A DNA stretch of 64,000 bases from Camelus ferus (Eukaryota), in NCBI RefSeq assembly GCF_009834535.1, contig NC_045696.1, positions 57,352,001 through 57,416,000 on the forward strand. The letters run 5' to 3'. Below are positions 1 through 12,423 of this stretch, piece after piece; position 1 is the stretch's first letter; every line of letters begins with the position of its first letter. The notes under the pieces are model-generated. The model did not search any database. It was not told the origin of the DNA and saw only the letters and a list, made by a program, of their open reading frames with translations. A program made the position numbers and the translations under genes.

Positions 1-39
1 AAAAGTACAAGTGCAAAGGTGAGCGACTCAGACTGTAAG

Positions 40-1770
40 AGTTTATTCACAGACGAAATGATTGTAGATGTAGAAAATCCTAAAGAATCTACAAAAATGT
101 ACTATTGGAACTATTAATTACATTTGGCAAGGTCCTAGGAGACAACATCACTATCAAAATTAATTTTATTTCTACATGCTAGCCACAGACATTTGTAAAT
201 TTAAAGTTAAAAATAAATACCACTTACCATTACATGAAATAACACGAGATATTTTAGCATCAATTTAACAAAATATGTGCAAGACCTGAACACAGAAAAA
301 CATTTCTGAAAAAATTAAAGAAGACCTAAATAAATGGAGAGATAACCCATATTCATGGATTGGAAAACTCAAGATCATTAAGATATCAGTTCTCTCCAAA
401 ATGATCTATAAATCTATAAATGATCTATAAACCCCAATAAAATACCAATGGGCATTTTTATAGCGATTGACTAGCTAATTCTAAAATGTATTTGCAAATG
501 TAAAGTCTTAGAAGAGTAAAAATAAATTTTTTTTCAAATGGAGAGCAAAGTTGAAGTGCAGTATGGTATGGGTCAGAGCAGACATGTAAGTTAATCAAAT
601 AGTCTAGAAATAGACCCACAAGTATATGGTCAAAGATGTGAGGTCAGTCAATGGGGAAAGAATAGGCTTTTAATGGTGTTGGAATAATGAAATATCCATA
701 TGCAAAAAAATGAAGCTCAGTCTGTGCCTCATACTCTACACAAAAGCTAATCTGAAATAGATCATAGACTTAAATATAAATGTTGAAACTATAAACCTTT
801 AGAGTAAAACATAGGAAAAAAACTTCACAATTTTGAAATAGGTAAAATTTTCTTAGACATATACAACACTAACCACAAAAATTTTGATAAAGTAGACTTC
901 ATTATAATTAATATCTTCTGGTTTCCAAAAGATGCCATTAATAAAATAAAGCCAAGTTATGCTCTGGAAGAAAATATTTGTAAAATAAATATCTCTCAAA
1001 AGACTTGTATCCAGAAAATATAAAAACTCAATATATATATTGAGTTCTTAAAACCCAATAAGAATACAAACCACTCACTTTAAAAGTGAGAAAAGAGTTG
1101 AATAGACACTTCAAAATTAAGATATATGAAGATACATGAATGGCATATAAAAAGATGTTCAATAAAATTAGTCAGCAGAAAATACAAATTAAAACCACCA
1201 CACACTCAGAAGAATGGTTAAAATTAAAAAGAGTAACAATACCAAGTGTAGACAAAGACTTGGAGCAATTGAAACCCAAACATTATTGGTAGGAAAGAAA
1301 AATGGTAAATTCCTTTCAGAAAACAGTTTAGCAGGTTCTTAAAAGGTTATAACACTTATATGACTTGGGAATTCTACTACTCTTAGGTTTTTCCCAAGAG
1401 AAATAAAAGTGTACGTTAATGAAAAGATTTGGACCCAAATGTTCATGATAGCTTTATTTGTAATAGCCCCAAATTGTCAACAACCCAAATGTTCATTAAG
1501 AGAGTAATAAACCAAACTGTAGTTTATCTGTACAATGAGATACTACCTGACAATAAGAAGGAGCAAAGGACTGATACACACAAGACCATGAACAGATCTC
1601 AAAACTACCACGCCGAGTGAAAGAGGACAGACACAAAGGACTACATTCTATATTATTCCATGTATATGAAATTCTAGGACAGGCAAAACTAATCTGTAGT
1701 GACAAGGAGCAGATCAGTGTTTACATCCGGCCAGGTCTGGGGGTGGGGTCTTGACTGTAAAGAGGCACAT
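40..1770 (+). mobile_element. Old degenerate LINE-1 (L1M-type): ORF2 3' half and 3'UTR
   Basis: Starts with an ORF2 RT-like motif (GACGAAATGATTGTAGATGTAGAAAATCCTAAAGAATC, about D-E-M-I-V-x-V-E-N-P-K-E-S) and continues through typical L1 ORF2 and 3'UTR motifs with many stops and indels. Confidence 0.85.
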
Positions 1771-2561
1771 GAGCACGAGTAAGAGTGTTGAGAAGAAGAT
1801 GGAGAAAAGGGCAACAGCCCTTGAAAACCAGGCAGTCCCGAAGAAACACTAGGCTGCTTGGAGCTGCCTGGCCCAGGACTCCTCTCTACAATAGATGAGG
1901 GATGGACAGAATCCTTTCAACCAGTCACTGAATTACCAAACCACTCCCCAAACTAAATATGTTTCAGGCAGACCTAAAAAAGAAAGATCGTGGTGTGGGG
2001 GATGGTAGTGAGATTAATGAGAAACACAATCACTTCCTTTTCCTGCTTTCAGTCATCTGAGCTCAGCTACTGTTCTGCTCTCCAACTTCCCCCTTCTTTC
2101 CCAGGACTTTGGTGATTCCCATCTGACCTGAAAGATTGTCTTCATCCACACTAGCCAGAAAGAATCGCAGAATAGTAAAGACTTATGTCAGGAAGGTCTT
2201 CTAGAAGTCTTTTTGATCCCAATGGGAAGACTGGGAACCAGGGAGGAAAGTGACCTGTCCAAGATCACGCAGCTAGTTACTAACAGAGACCAGGCTTTTA
2301 CACCTCAGTAGCCTGGGTGAAAGGGAGGGAGTGGGTTTTTTTGTGTAATGTCTCCACTTTATTCTATCAGATTCAGATCCAGGGTCACCACATTTTACAA
2401 CCCCAGGGGTCAAGTTGGAGTAATATGTACACTAGGTTGTGCAACACAACAGTCCAGGTAAATGTCATTTAGGAAGAAGGAAGATTGTCATCTGTTCACA
2501 TGTTCATGTTAGGCTTTTAGAAGAAAAGCTGATTCAAATCATCTACATTAACAGGAAAGAG

Positions 2562-2770
2562 GAATAACATTATTGAGCTGCTGAGAGGTGCTAAATACTG
2601 CTCTCGGTATATGTTAGTCCTTCGAATTCTAACCATACATCTGCAGGGTAGGTTTTATTATTCCCATTTGATAAATAAGTGAGATGCAGAGAGGTTGTAT
2701 GTCTAATACACACTGCTGCTAATTGTAGACCTGTGATTTGAATCTAAATATCCAAACTCAAGCTCTTTCT
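2562..2770 (-). mobile_element. MIR-like SINE remnant
   Basis: Reverse-complement MIR core-like sequence (TATTATTCCCATTT...GAGAGGTT...GATTTGAATC); boundaries approximate. Confidence 0.55.
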
Positions 2771-4191
2771 GTAAGATCATGGCAGGGATTTAGGAGTCTT
2801 CCTTAAAATGTTCTACTCCTGCTCTGCATGAGACAGACACTGGAAGGGGAGAGGTGCAAGGAGAGTTTGCACCTTATCTTAACAGTTCTCAGGACACTAG
2901 GGCTGAGCGGCCTTTACTCAGAGAAGGGAAATGGGTCTTAACTTAGGTAGGATGGATGAGCTACAGAGGAGCATCAAAGAAGCTTCCTGCACAACCCTAT
3001 CCCATTTTTTCACTCTCCAACTGCTTCCAGAATTGCTTGGTTGTTTACAAATAATATTCATTACAGTCACTTGAGACAAACCATTTATGTCTGATTAAAC
3101 AACAACACATAGTACTGAATATTATCAAATTGTACAAATATGTGCCAAGTTTTCATAGTGTGTTGCTTGTGCAATGTGATCATCCACTAACACCTAAAAT
3201 CTAGAAGAAAATGAGGTGAAAAATTGGTGTTAGTGAGGAGGGAAGTTAAAATGGAACTAAAAATTATCAATTTTGTCAATTTGTGTGTGACTGTTGATTT
3301 TTACTTTTTAATTTTGCTCCTGTTATACTGTTCATTTTGTCTACCTTGCTACTCCTATTGGACATTCTGACACTCTCCAGAGTAAACAGCCTTGATTAGA
3401 TGATTCTGAATAATCCATGGAAAGAAGAGGGAATCTCTCAATCCTGATACACAGTACATCCCACAGAGACCGCCTGGGTTTGTCTGTGAGCAACTTCCTT
3501 CTCTCTTGTGGTATCTGAGGGTTTTTTTGTTTTGCATTTTTTTTTTCCGGGTTAAATATTTGGTTATGAACTTTAAGACTTCTAAGTACCATTGCTTAAA
3601 TAGTTTTAGTCAACAAGTTTTCCAAGTGTTATATTTCTTCGTGTTAGCATTCATGGCTTCCCACTTCTGTCAAGTAGTCAAAATCAAACTTTTATTTTAA
3701 AAGTCATTTAGGCCAGTTATGGGGCCTGACATATTGTGTTCTTTTTTACAGGATTTATTCTGAGCTCTTTACTTTGACATTTTACTGGGTCCTCCTTGGC
3801 CCATCTGAAGTCACCCTGCAGTCCAGATACACATTTGTATTTCTGTGAGTAGATGGATAAATAATAAATGATACAAGTGCAGCACTTCCCTCTCTGAACT
3901 CCTCCTGCCTTACTGAAGGAGGAGAGACACTTAAAATAATAGACCCACTTGGGGAAATGGCAGAGTGGTGAGAAATAAAGACAGTAACAGGGTTGGGGGG
4001 ATAAGAGGAGGGACATGAAACAATACACAGTGACACACATAGGACACACAGGGACAGACTGAAGTAGAAACAAAGACACACACACACATGGATTTCTCTC
4101 TCCTTCCCCTGTCACCTTCTCTTGAGTCTCCAAGTTTTCCTTGGGCTCTTCCCATACCTCTCTCCCTCCTCCCAGTCCTTTTGGCACCTAC

Positions 4192-4265
4192 TTGATGTGC
4201 TCTGCACGTCCAGAGCCCTCGATGGTCTTGGCTCCCCACCGTTGCTCCTTCTCAGAGATGTCATT
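4192..4265 (-). CDS. HCLS1: HCLS1 coding exon 3 ([25 protein letters not shown])
   Basis: tgtag|AAT...ATC AA|gtagg, 74 nt, phase 0 to 2; translation matches the HS1/cortactin N-terminal region. Confidence 0.95.
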
Positions 4266-4833
4266 CTACAACAGACAGCACTCAGCTATAAGTGATGCAA
4301 GAGATGTGCCAGGCTGGGAGCGGTCACCCAGCTGACACACATGCCCCCTTGGCCTCCACATCAGCTGCTTCCCTCTGTCAGGGTCTTTACTCTGACTCCT
4401 CTCTGTGTTCACCCCACCTAGACCCCATGCTGAAATTAAACTGGTGAGCTCTGAAACCACCATTCCTACTCTGCATCTCTCAAATCTTCTTCTTGAGGTC
4501 TTCTACAACTTCTCAGTCCCCCCAAATTATAAATGTCCAGCTCAAATCCAGGCTCATAGACTGAAGGAGACCCAGCTAACCTGCTCCTTCAGCATAGCCT
4601 GACGTAGCCTGTCAATCACAATGTCAAACTCCTCTGTACCTGTCTCTTTCCATCCTCAACACAGGCTATCATGCATGCTGCACTCCTGACAGCCAACTTT
4701 CCTGCCAGTCAGTCCCACAATGAAGGCTATCTCAGCCCCAGACTTTTTTTTAAGTGCCCTCAAATGTTACAGAGTGGCCCACATGCCTCCCCACTGTCCT
4801 TCATTGCCCAAGAAAAGCTATTTCCAAACTCAC

Positions 4834-4917
4834 CACAAAGTCAGGGTCTGTGTCCCAGTCATCACCCTGGGTCTCCACGGAAACAGATACATCATGCCCT
4901 ACTACAGACTTCCACAT
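4834..4917 (-). CDS. HCLS1: HCLS1 first coding exon (MWKSVVGHDVSVSVETQGDDWDTDPDFV), including the Arp2/3-binding DDW motif
   Basis: cag|ATG TGG AAG...TTT GTG|gtgag, 84 nt; matches the HS1 N-terminus; synteny with GOLGB1 as in human 3q13. Confidence 0.96.
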
Positions 4918-5652
4918 CTGAGGGTGACAGAAAATGGGAATGATTAGGTTAAAAAATCAAGAGGAGGCAACAAGAATGCAAAGTCAGTGATGGAGCAGCC
5001 CCATGTTTCTTGTCATTTTTTCTTAGAAGAAAATAGAACCTAAGGCAAAGCAGATGGAAGTTTTAGGAAAGCACTTTGGCTCAGTTAGAGGGTGTGTGGG
5101 GGTGGTGGTGGTGAGGATTTACTTAAGACAAACTTATGTGGCCTGAGCTCACCTGAGTCTGGAGAGAGAGAAGTCATCATGGGTGCAGGTAACACTAAAT
5201 AACCTGGGTGTCAAAACTGCTGGGATCTTCACTTTTGTCAAGAGGCCAGCCAGGCAGTGGCTTGATATGATCGTCAACGAGGGATGCTAGAACACCCTTG
5301 GAACTGTAGCATCCTTTCACCCAGGTATCTACATAACGACTTCACAGCTGTCAAAATATATATTGGTCCAGCTCTTTATGCAGTGAGCCCCTACTCCTCC
5401 CCACAACCTGATAAATTCTACTGAGGATTTTTCTAATCCCCACTCCAAGACTGGCCACTGCACAGCTGCACATGTCAGTAGGGGCACTCAGCTGAAATTC
5501 CTACACTGAACAATGCATGGGGATGCATTATTTGCTGAGAATAAGTCATTTCTTCTTCAGTTGTTTAAAACAGCTTCATTATATTTCTGAAGATTACTGG
5601 TTCAAAAAAGAGCATGTAATAAGTCACTTATTTTGAGCATTAAGAATTATTA

Positions 5653-6190
5653 AGACATGGAAACAGCCTAAATGTCCATCAACAGGTGACTGGATAAAGA
5701 AGATGTGGTATATTTATACAATGGAATACTACTCAGCCATAAAAACCGACAACATAATGCCATTTGCAGCAACATGGATGCTCCTAGAGAATGTCATTCT
5801 AAGTTAAGTAAGCCAGAAAGAGAAAGAAAAATACCATATGAGATCGCTCATATGTGGAATCTAAAAAACAAAAACAAAAACAAACAAACAAACAAAAACA
5901 AAGCGTAAATAAAGGACAGAAATAGACTCACAGACAGAGAATACAGACTTGTGGTTACCAGGGGGGTGGAGGGTGGGAAGGGATAGACTGGGATTTCAAA
6001 ATTGTAGAATAGACTACACTGTATAACACAGGGAAATATACACAAAATGTTATGATAACTCACAGAGAAAAAAATGTGACAATGAGTGTGTATATGTCCA
6101 TGAATGACTGAAAAATTGTGCTGAACACTGGAATTTGACACAACATTGTAAAATGATAATAAATCAATAAAAATGTTAAAAAAAAAAAAA
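5653..6190 (+). mobile_element. Young 5'-truncated L1 (ORF2 C-terminus, 3'UTR, polyA), copy 1 of a tandem pair
   Basis: Encodes KTWKQPKCPS...WYIYTMEYYSAIK; polyA tail; flanked by AAGAATTATTA at 5642 and 6190. Confidence 0.92.
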
Positions 6191-6200
6191 AGAATTATTA

Positions 6201-6741
6201 AGACATGGAAACAGCCTAAATGTCCATCAACAGATGACTGGATAAAGAAGATGTGGTACATTTATACAATGGAATACTATTCAGCCATAAAAACTGACAA
6301 CATAACACCATTTGCAGCAACATGGATGCTCCTGGAGAATGTCATTCTAAGTGAAGTAAGCCAGAAAGAGAATGAAAAATACCATATGAGATCACTCATA
6401 TGTGGAATCTAAAAAACAAACAAACAAAGCATAAATACAAAACAGAAATAGACTCATAGACATAGAATACAAACCTGTGGTTGCCAAGGGGGCAGGGGGT
6501 GGGAAGGGATAGACTGGGATTTCAAAATTGTAGAATAGATAAACAAGATTATACTGTATAGCACAGGGAAATATATGCAAGATCTTATGGTAGCTCACAG
6601 AGAAAAAAAAAGTGACAATGAATATATATATGTTCATGTATAACTGAAAAATTGTGTTCTACACTGGAATTTGACACAACATTGTAAAATGATTATAAAT
6701 CAATAAAAAATGATAAAAAAAAAGGTTAGACAAAAAAAAAA
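6201..6741 (+). mobile_element. 5'-truncated L1, copy 2 of the tandem pair
   Basis: ORF 6173-6412 [31 protein letters not shown] is the L1 ORF2 C-terminus; polyA; AAGAATTATTA repeated at 6741. Confidence 0.92.
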
Positions 6742-8415
6742 AGAATTATTAGACTTTCACTAACTAAGTAAATGTTAAGGAAATATTGAGAGAACACCAG
6801 TTGAAGTGGATGCCAACTTGTTTCCACCTGGGCTTCCCCAGTGTTTCTGCTGGCCTGGCCATGCCTGCAGGAGATGATGCACAGGTGCTCTACATCTTGG
6901 AAATCCTGGCTTGTGGTGTGACGAGGAAACAACAGGCAGTACTCATCTTCTCTGATGGTGACCTCTTGACCCTGATACCACTTACTAGCTGGCAGCACCC
7001 TGCCCACCCATCCCTGCTCAGTCTCCTTCTCCATGCTCTTCACTGCCTTTTAAAGGACCCTCTGTTCTCTCTAGCCAGGAGCTCAGATTTTCCGATTTTC
7101 CTTCCTACTTGAAAACTCCCTCCTTCTCCAGCTCTTTGAAAACCCTGTTGGAAACCAGTTCAAGGGAAATTTGGGGGTAGACTGGTTAACAAGATGCAAA
7201 AAGGACACGGAGAAGTATTGATTGAGATTGACCGAGTCAGCTGGACTGTGGGATGAATCCCTGCCAAGTGCAGCTCTGCCTTCCCCTGTGGGGCAACAGT
7301 AATGGGTGGGGGCACATAGATAAGACTTATGGTCCTGGCTCCTGGGCTCCTTTGCAAAAAAAGGCTTCATGCAGAAAACTGGAAAAGAGAGGTTTCTGAA
7401 ATATTCGTAATAAGGAAGCAGTGAGGACCGATGGTCCTGTCCTCTTCCTTGCAGTTCATCCCAGATCTCAGCCTAATTCTCCCATAAGCCTCCCATCCTC
7501 ATGTATTTTTGAAACAAAGGGAAGGGTTTCTGACATAGGGACAATTAGCATCCTTGAGCCACTGGCCAAAACAGGGAAGCCAAGAAGTGCTTTCTAGAGG
7601 TGGGAGACCGGAGAGTAACTCGGTGAGGCCTGGTGCCCAGGATATCAGGCACAATCGAGGGCCTCATCTTAAGGCTGCCTCAGTAAAGTACACAGACTGG
7701 GAATCAGAAGGTCCCCCAGCTCTGTTACTAAGCCCTTGTGGGAGCATGGGTAAGGGGGTCAACAGAGAGAGAATATGTTCTTATTTGCCAGGTACCAGGC
7801 TAGGCAATTTATGAATATTAAATAATTTGGTAAATCATTGAACATCCCTGAATATTGTTTTCCCCAGTGGAAAATAAATGAAGAGGTTAAACTCACTAAT
7901 CCATCAAGCCCCCTTCATTTCTGACAATCTGGGATTCTGTGATCCTAAAATCACAGAAACCTGCCCTAGTCAAACCTTCATTTAGCACTTGGTCCTCAGC
8001 ACTGTTGTACATTAGCAATTACCACTTCCTGATCTGCTACAGTGTCTCCTGTGGGCTTTGTCTCTCTGCCAGACCATAAGCTCTCCCAGGGCACAGACGG
8101 TCTTCATCTCCGGTGGTCTCCCTCCCAACTCAGTACTTAGGAGCAACGGGCCTTAGAGAGGGTTGTAGACTGTCAGCAGAAACCAGGGGTCCTGGATGGC
8201 TGTTGAATTGTGTTCCCTGGGCTCAAGCCTCCTCATTTCCATCTCTAGATGCTCATTATCTACAACCACTCATGCCCAGGCCTTCTGGCCATAAAAGGTT
8301 AAAAGCCTACTGGCAGTGACTTTACCTCTCAGCAAGGACTGAGAGCCAGGTAGGTTTCTCTCACTTCAGCTCTTTTTCTGTGCCCCACAACTTTCTCATG
8401 GCTCAGAGTACCCAC

Positions 8416-8540
8416 CTTTAACAGTGCAAGCGTTCACTCTCAGCTCCCAGCTCCTCACGTAGACACTCAGCTCCTCTCTGGCTGCTGCCACCTCAGAGCA
8501 AGAAACTGAGCTGCTGCTTCAGTTCAGTTCCGTATTCAGG
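8416..8540 (-). other. HCLS1: HCLS1 non-coding exon 1 (5'UTR); TSS position approximate
   Basis: Minus strand GAAGCAGCAGCTCAGTTTCT...GTGGCAGCAGCCAGAGAGG...GCTTGCAC resembles the human HCLS1 5'UTR as I recall it; donor AAG|gtgggt supplies A at -3 for the exon 2 ATG. Confidence 0.75.
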
Positions 8541-8660
8541 TTTTCTGTCATTTCCTGCCACCCTGTCCTCACAGCAACTTCCTGAAGTTTGAGTCAGTTC
8601 CTTCTGCTTAGGACTTAAATTAAAAAAGGATTAAATGCTCCGGACCGCTTCTTTTGCAAG
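8525..8660 (-). promoter_or_regulatory. HCLS1: Putative HCLS1 proximal promoter (no obvious TATA; ETS and AP-1 motifs)
   Basis: CAGGAAAT (8550-8557), CAGGAAGT (8577-8584) and TGAGTCA (8590-8596) clustered immediately upstream of exon 1. Confidence 0.6.
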
Positions 8661-9148
8661 GCTTTGAGGGTCCCAGAGGTCATAAAAAAATGCTGCTCTT
8701 ACTCTCTGGTCAGGGAAGCAAAACATTCAGCCAGAAAGCACATAAAAGAACACTATGCAACAGAGCTGTGTCCTAAAGAGGTGGGCAGTTGCATCTGTCA
8801 CGGTAAAGAAACTGAGAGAATTTGATATGGACTGAAGGAATTAAGAGAGGCTTAGTGGAAAAAATATTTTTTATGTGGATTTTGAAGGGTAAGATTTAAA
8901 ATGAAACTCATATACATTACCCATAGTACTTAACACTGGCATTTGTGTATAGTAGGTGTTCAAATAAACACTGATTAATTGAAAGATGGAAGGGAGTAAT
9001 TCACAGGGAAAGGCAAGGCATGGAGGCAGGAAGGTTTAGAGATTGTTTAGGGGACAGTGAGAAGTCTGAGCTAATTCAGAAAGATTTGTTTCCAGATAAT
9101 AGGGAGAAGTCTTAAAGAACTAGGTTGTACCAGATGACGGAAGGTCTT

Positions 9149-9538
9149 TGTGATATTACTGTTCACCAAGATTTGCTGCCCCTCCCCTCCCTCTTGAAGT
9201 CAGACTTGCTCAGGTGGCCTTGTTTCGGCCAATGAAATGTAAGAAGTGAAATGTATCACTTCCCAGTGGAGAGACTTCAAGCTTTGCTGTGCCCTTTAGC
9301 CCACTGCCCAGCAAGGCAACCTGCGGGTCTCCTGAGTGGTTCCCCTGGCAGTGTGGGTCCCTGGGTGACAGGGTCCTCAACTAATGACAGCACAAGTAGA
9401 GCCCCATCCATTGTGTGAGGGACTTGGAGTCTTTGACTAAAAAATAATCCTAAAAAATAATTGCTGTTTTAGCTACTGAGAATATGGGGGTGTTTGTTAC
9501 CTTATCTGATCTAGCCTCTCCTAATCTTGATTGACATA
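9149..9538 (+). mobile_element. MLT1-type (MaLR) solo LTR
   Basis: GGCCAATGAAATGTAAGAAGTGAAATGTATCACTTCC and an AGCTACTGAG...TGTTTGTTAC 3' motif typical of MLT1. Confidence 0.7.
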
Positions 9539-10226
9539 GAGTTCTGACCTGATTTGCTTAGCCGTGAGCTTCCCAATGGATTCAAGCGAAACTGGATGAA
9601 ATTTGTCCAAGATATAGAGGAGGGGAATCCTGCATTAGGAATCTAAGACTTTAGTCACTTCCAAATCTAAGGATTCTATGCCTAGTGGAGAGACTGATTA
9701 TTTCTCCTACTTCATAACCTATTTATTATGGCAGCAACAAAATTATTTTAAGGAAGAGTAATTTTTGTGGAAGAAGAAAATATCTTTTAGAACATTTTGA
9801 ATTCTATTCCAGTGTCAAAAGGAGAAATGATCAGACCAGATATTGTGACACATCATCCAGGCACAGTTCTTTAGAGAAATCATAGAATTTAATCCGAGAT
9901 GACAAGAAAGCCCATCTCTCCTTAGCAATGTTCCAAGTTCATTCCTGATGAGAGGCAGTGAGACATAGCAAGCATGGGCTTTAATGCAAGATAGACTTAG
10001 TTCAATTCACTTATTGAAACTTGAGGAAGTGAGTTAGCCCTTCTTAAGCAGTGACTTGATATAAACACATAATACCCATCCTGCTATACCCTATTGGAGT
10101 TCCCTTCCCCTACTCCCACCCAGAGGGGTCCCTAGGGGCCTAATATTTTCAATATGTAACAGGTAACAGTTCTCCCAGGCCCAGGCAAAAACCTGCATGA
10201 ACCTCCTGCCTTAAGGTCCAGCTTGA

Positions 10227-10783
10227 CATGCACCCCAATGTTCATAGTAGCACTATATACAATAGCCAAGACATGGATACAACCTAAATGTCCATTGACA
10301 GATGACTGAATAAAGAAGCTGTGGTATATTTATATAACAGAATACTACTCAGCCATAAAAAGAATAAAACAATGCCATTTGCAGCAACATGGATGGACTG
10401 AGAGATCATTCTAAGTGAAATAAGCCAGAAAAAGAAAAATACCATATGATATCACCCATATGTGAAATCTTAAAAAGAAGAAAGAAAAGGACACTATGAA
10501 CTCATCTACAAAACAGAAACAGACATAGTAAACAATCTTATGGTTACCAAAGGAGGGTGAAAAGGGATAAATTTGGGGGTTTGAGATTTGCAAATGTTAG
10601 CCACTATATATAAAAATAGATTTTAAAAGTTTCTTCTGTATAGCCCAGGGAACTATATTCAGTATCTTGTAATAACCTTTAATGAAAATGAATATATGTA
10701 TATATATGCATGACTGGAACACTGTGCTGTACACCAGAAATTGACACATTGTAACTGACTGTACTACAATTAAAAAAAAAAAA
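10227..10783 (+). mobile_element. 5'-truncated L1 3' end with polyA
   Basis: ORF2 C-terminal motif plus 3'UTR and A-tail; CCAGCTTG repeated on both flanks. Confidence 0.9.
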
Positions 10784-11044
10784 AGCCCAGCTTGTTGGGT
10801 TCAGTATTAGGATGGAATTTTCTCCCTCCACTTTATCACCCTGAGGTCTAGCAGCTAAGGAGAGAGGACACAAGCAGCCCAATGCTGGCCAATGAGAAGG
10901 AAGCCTGCACATGCAGAGCTCCTACCCTTGGGCGATTCCTGGCTACCCCATCCCTACTTCCTCTAGGCACCATCCTCCCCTGAGTGTGCAAACACGCATA
11001 TGGACACACTGGTGGGTACACACATTCACACGCCACCACAGTTT

Positions 11045-12287
11045 TTCATTCTGAAAATAATTTTATTATTTTACAGTTGTTCAGGAAAGTTCCTGGGTTG
11101 CTGTGACCAAGATTTGGTCACCACAGAACAAAGGATTAGAGCAGATCAGTCAGTCCACCAGTTTTCTCTCTTCTTTGGGCAGTGAGAAAAGGAACACACC
11201 ATGTGCAAAATGAGAAAATAACCAATGGGAAGGGGGGGAGGGGTGGGGAGGAACAGGCACAAAGGGAATTCAAACCTGGCTGCCATTCTCAGGCTTGGAT
11301 TTAAATATTTTGTCTTCTCTAGAGTCTCCATTCTCCTCAGCTCTCTGCTATCACAGAGGGCACATGACTACACGCCAAGAAACTGGAATAACAACTGTCA
11401 CCAACAGCAAAGTAGCTTCGTACTTCAAGAGGCTAGGAGTGGGTGTCAGACCCACTAGACCTCCCCAGCTGGAAGCCAGTGCCTCCCTGGGACTGGTTCC
11501 TAATGTATTGTCTTAGGGCCCACATTCGAGGCTTATCCAGATAAAATAGGAATGATAAGAATTGAATCCCACTGTCCACAGTCAAGTTCTTCCTGCCTTT
11601 CAGCAAAACGAAAAGCACAGGCCACGATAATACCTCAGTAACATGTGATCAAGGGATAAGCAATGGGATCCTCTCCTTACAGTCCAGGACCATGACTCTC
11701 ACTCCAATTATGTCTGAACAGCTGGGGAAGGAGATGCTGTCCTCCACTGTGATCCAATAGCTAAAACCCCTGGGGGGTTCTTCCACTCTGAGAGACCTAG
11801 TCAAATATCCTATGAGATAATGTTGCCCAGAACATTGTTTATAGCAGGTCCACCTTCCCTCTGAAGCAGGAGAAAATATAAGGTACATGAAGCAAAGAAA
11901 GCATCAATCAAAATCATAGTGGACTTCTGATTACTAGGTTTAGTGGAACCATCCTCCTGGCTGAAAGACATTCCTCAGCACCTTTCATAGGACCATAAAA
12001 GATCAGGGCCCTGCAAGATCTGAGCAAATACTGGGCTCAACAACCAACTGTGGGGGCTCCTCAGATGATGCAGGAGTGTCAGGCCCTGGGCAGTAGAAAG
12101 CAGACTCACTGTCCCTGCAGCTCTAACCTGTGCTCATATCCACTGCAGTTTTTACAGGCACTTTCTGTGGAGAGTTGGAGAGAGGACCTGTAGTGGGAAG
12201 ACTGCTCCACTGGAATTGATGGTTTTGATGTTAGAGGTGAGGGCGTTCCAAGTTCTAAGGGGAGAGGTCCAAAGGTGAGGACTAAAT
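11045..12287 (-). other. GOLGB1: GOLGB1 3'UTR
   Basis: Follows the native TAA at 12288-12290 and ends shortly after AATAAA at 11062-11067; 3' end inferred. Confidence 0.7.
11062..11067 (-). terminator. GOLGB1: Probable GOLGB1 polyadenylation signal AATAAA
   Basis: TTTATT on the + strand about 1.2 kb after the stop codon, followed on the minus strand by a GT-rich tract (GTGGTGGCGTGTGAATGTGTGT). Confidence 0.7.
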
Positions 12288-12423
12288 TTATAGATGGCCT
12301 GTGAAACACAGAATGAGTAGGACATGAACCATCACAAAGTAGATGGCTGCCAGCAGAGGCACCCGGGTCCGGGAATGACAGAGTGAACTGCAGAACCCGC
12401 TTCCATCCAGCACCACTCCGGGT
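12288..12423 (-). CDS. GOLGB1: GOLGB1 last coding exon (about exon 22), C-terminal transmembrane anchor; contains a +1 insertion near 12388
   Basis: cag|TRSGAGWKRVL, then after a 1-nt shift SLCHSRTRVPLLAAIYFVMVHVLLILCFTGHL*; 136 nt versus 135 expected. Confidence 0.93.

Noticed and set aside
3717..4239. Overlapping minus-strand ORFs of 101-156 aa
   Set aside because: HCLS1 intron 3 low-complexity (CA/GA) sequence; only 4192-4265 is exonic
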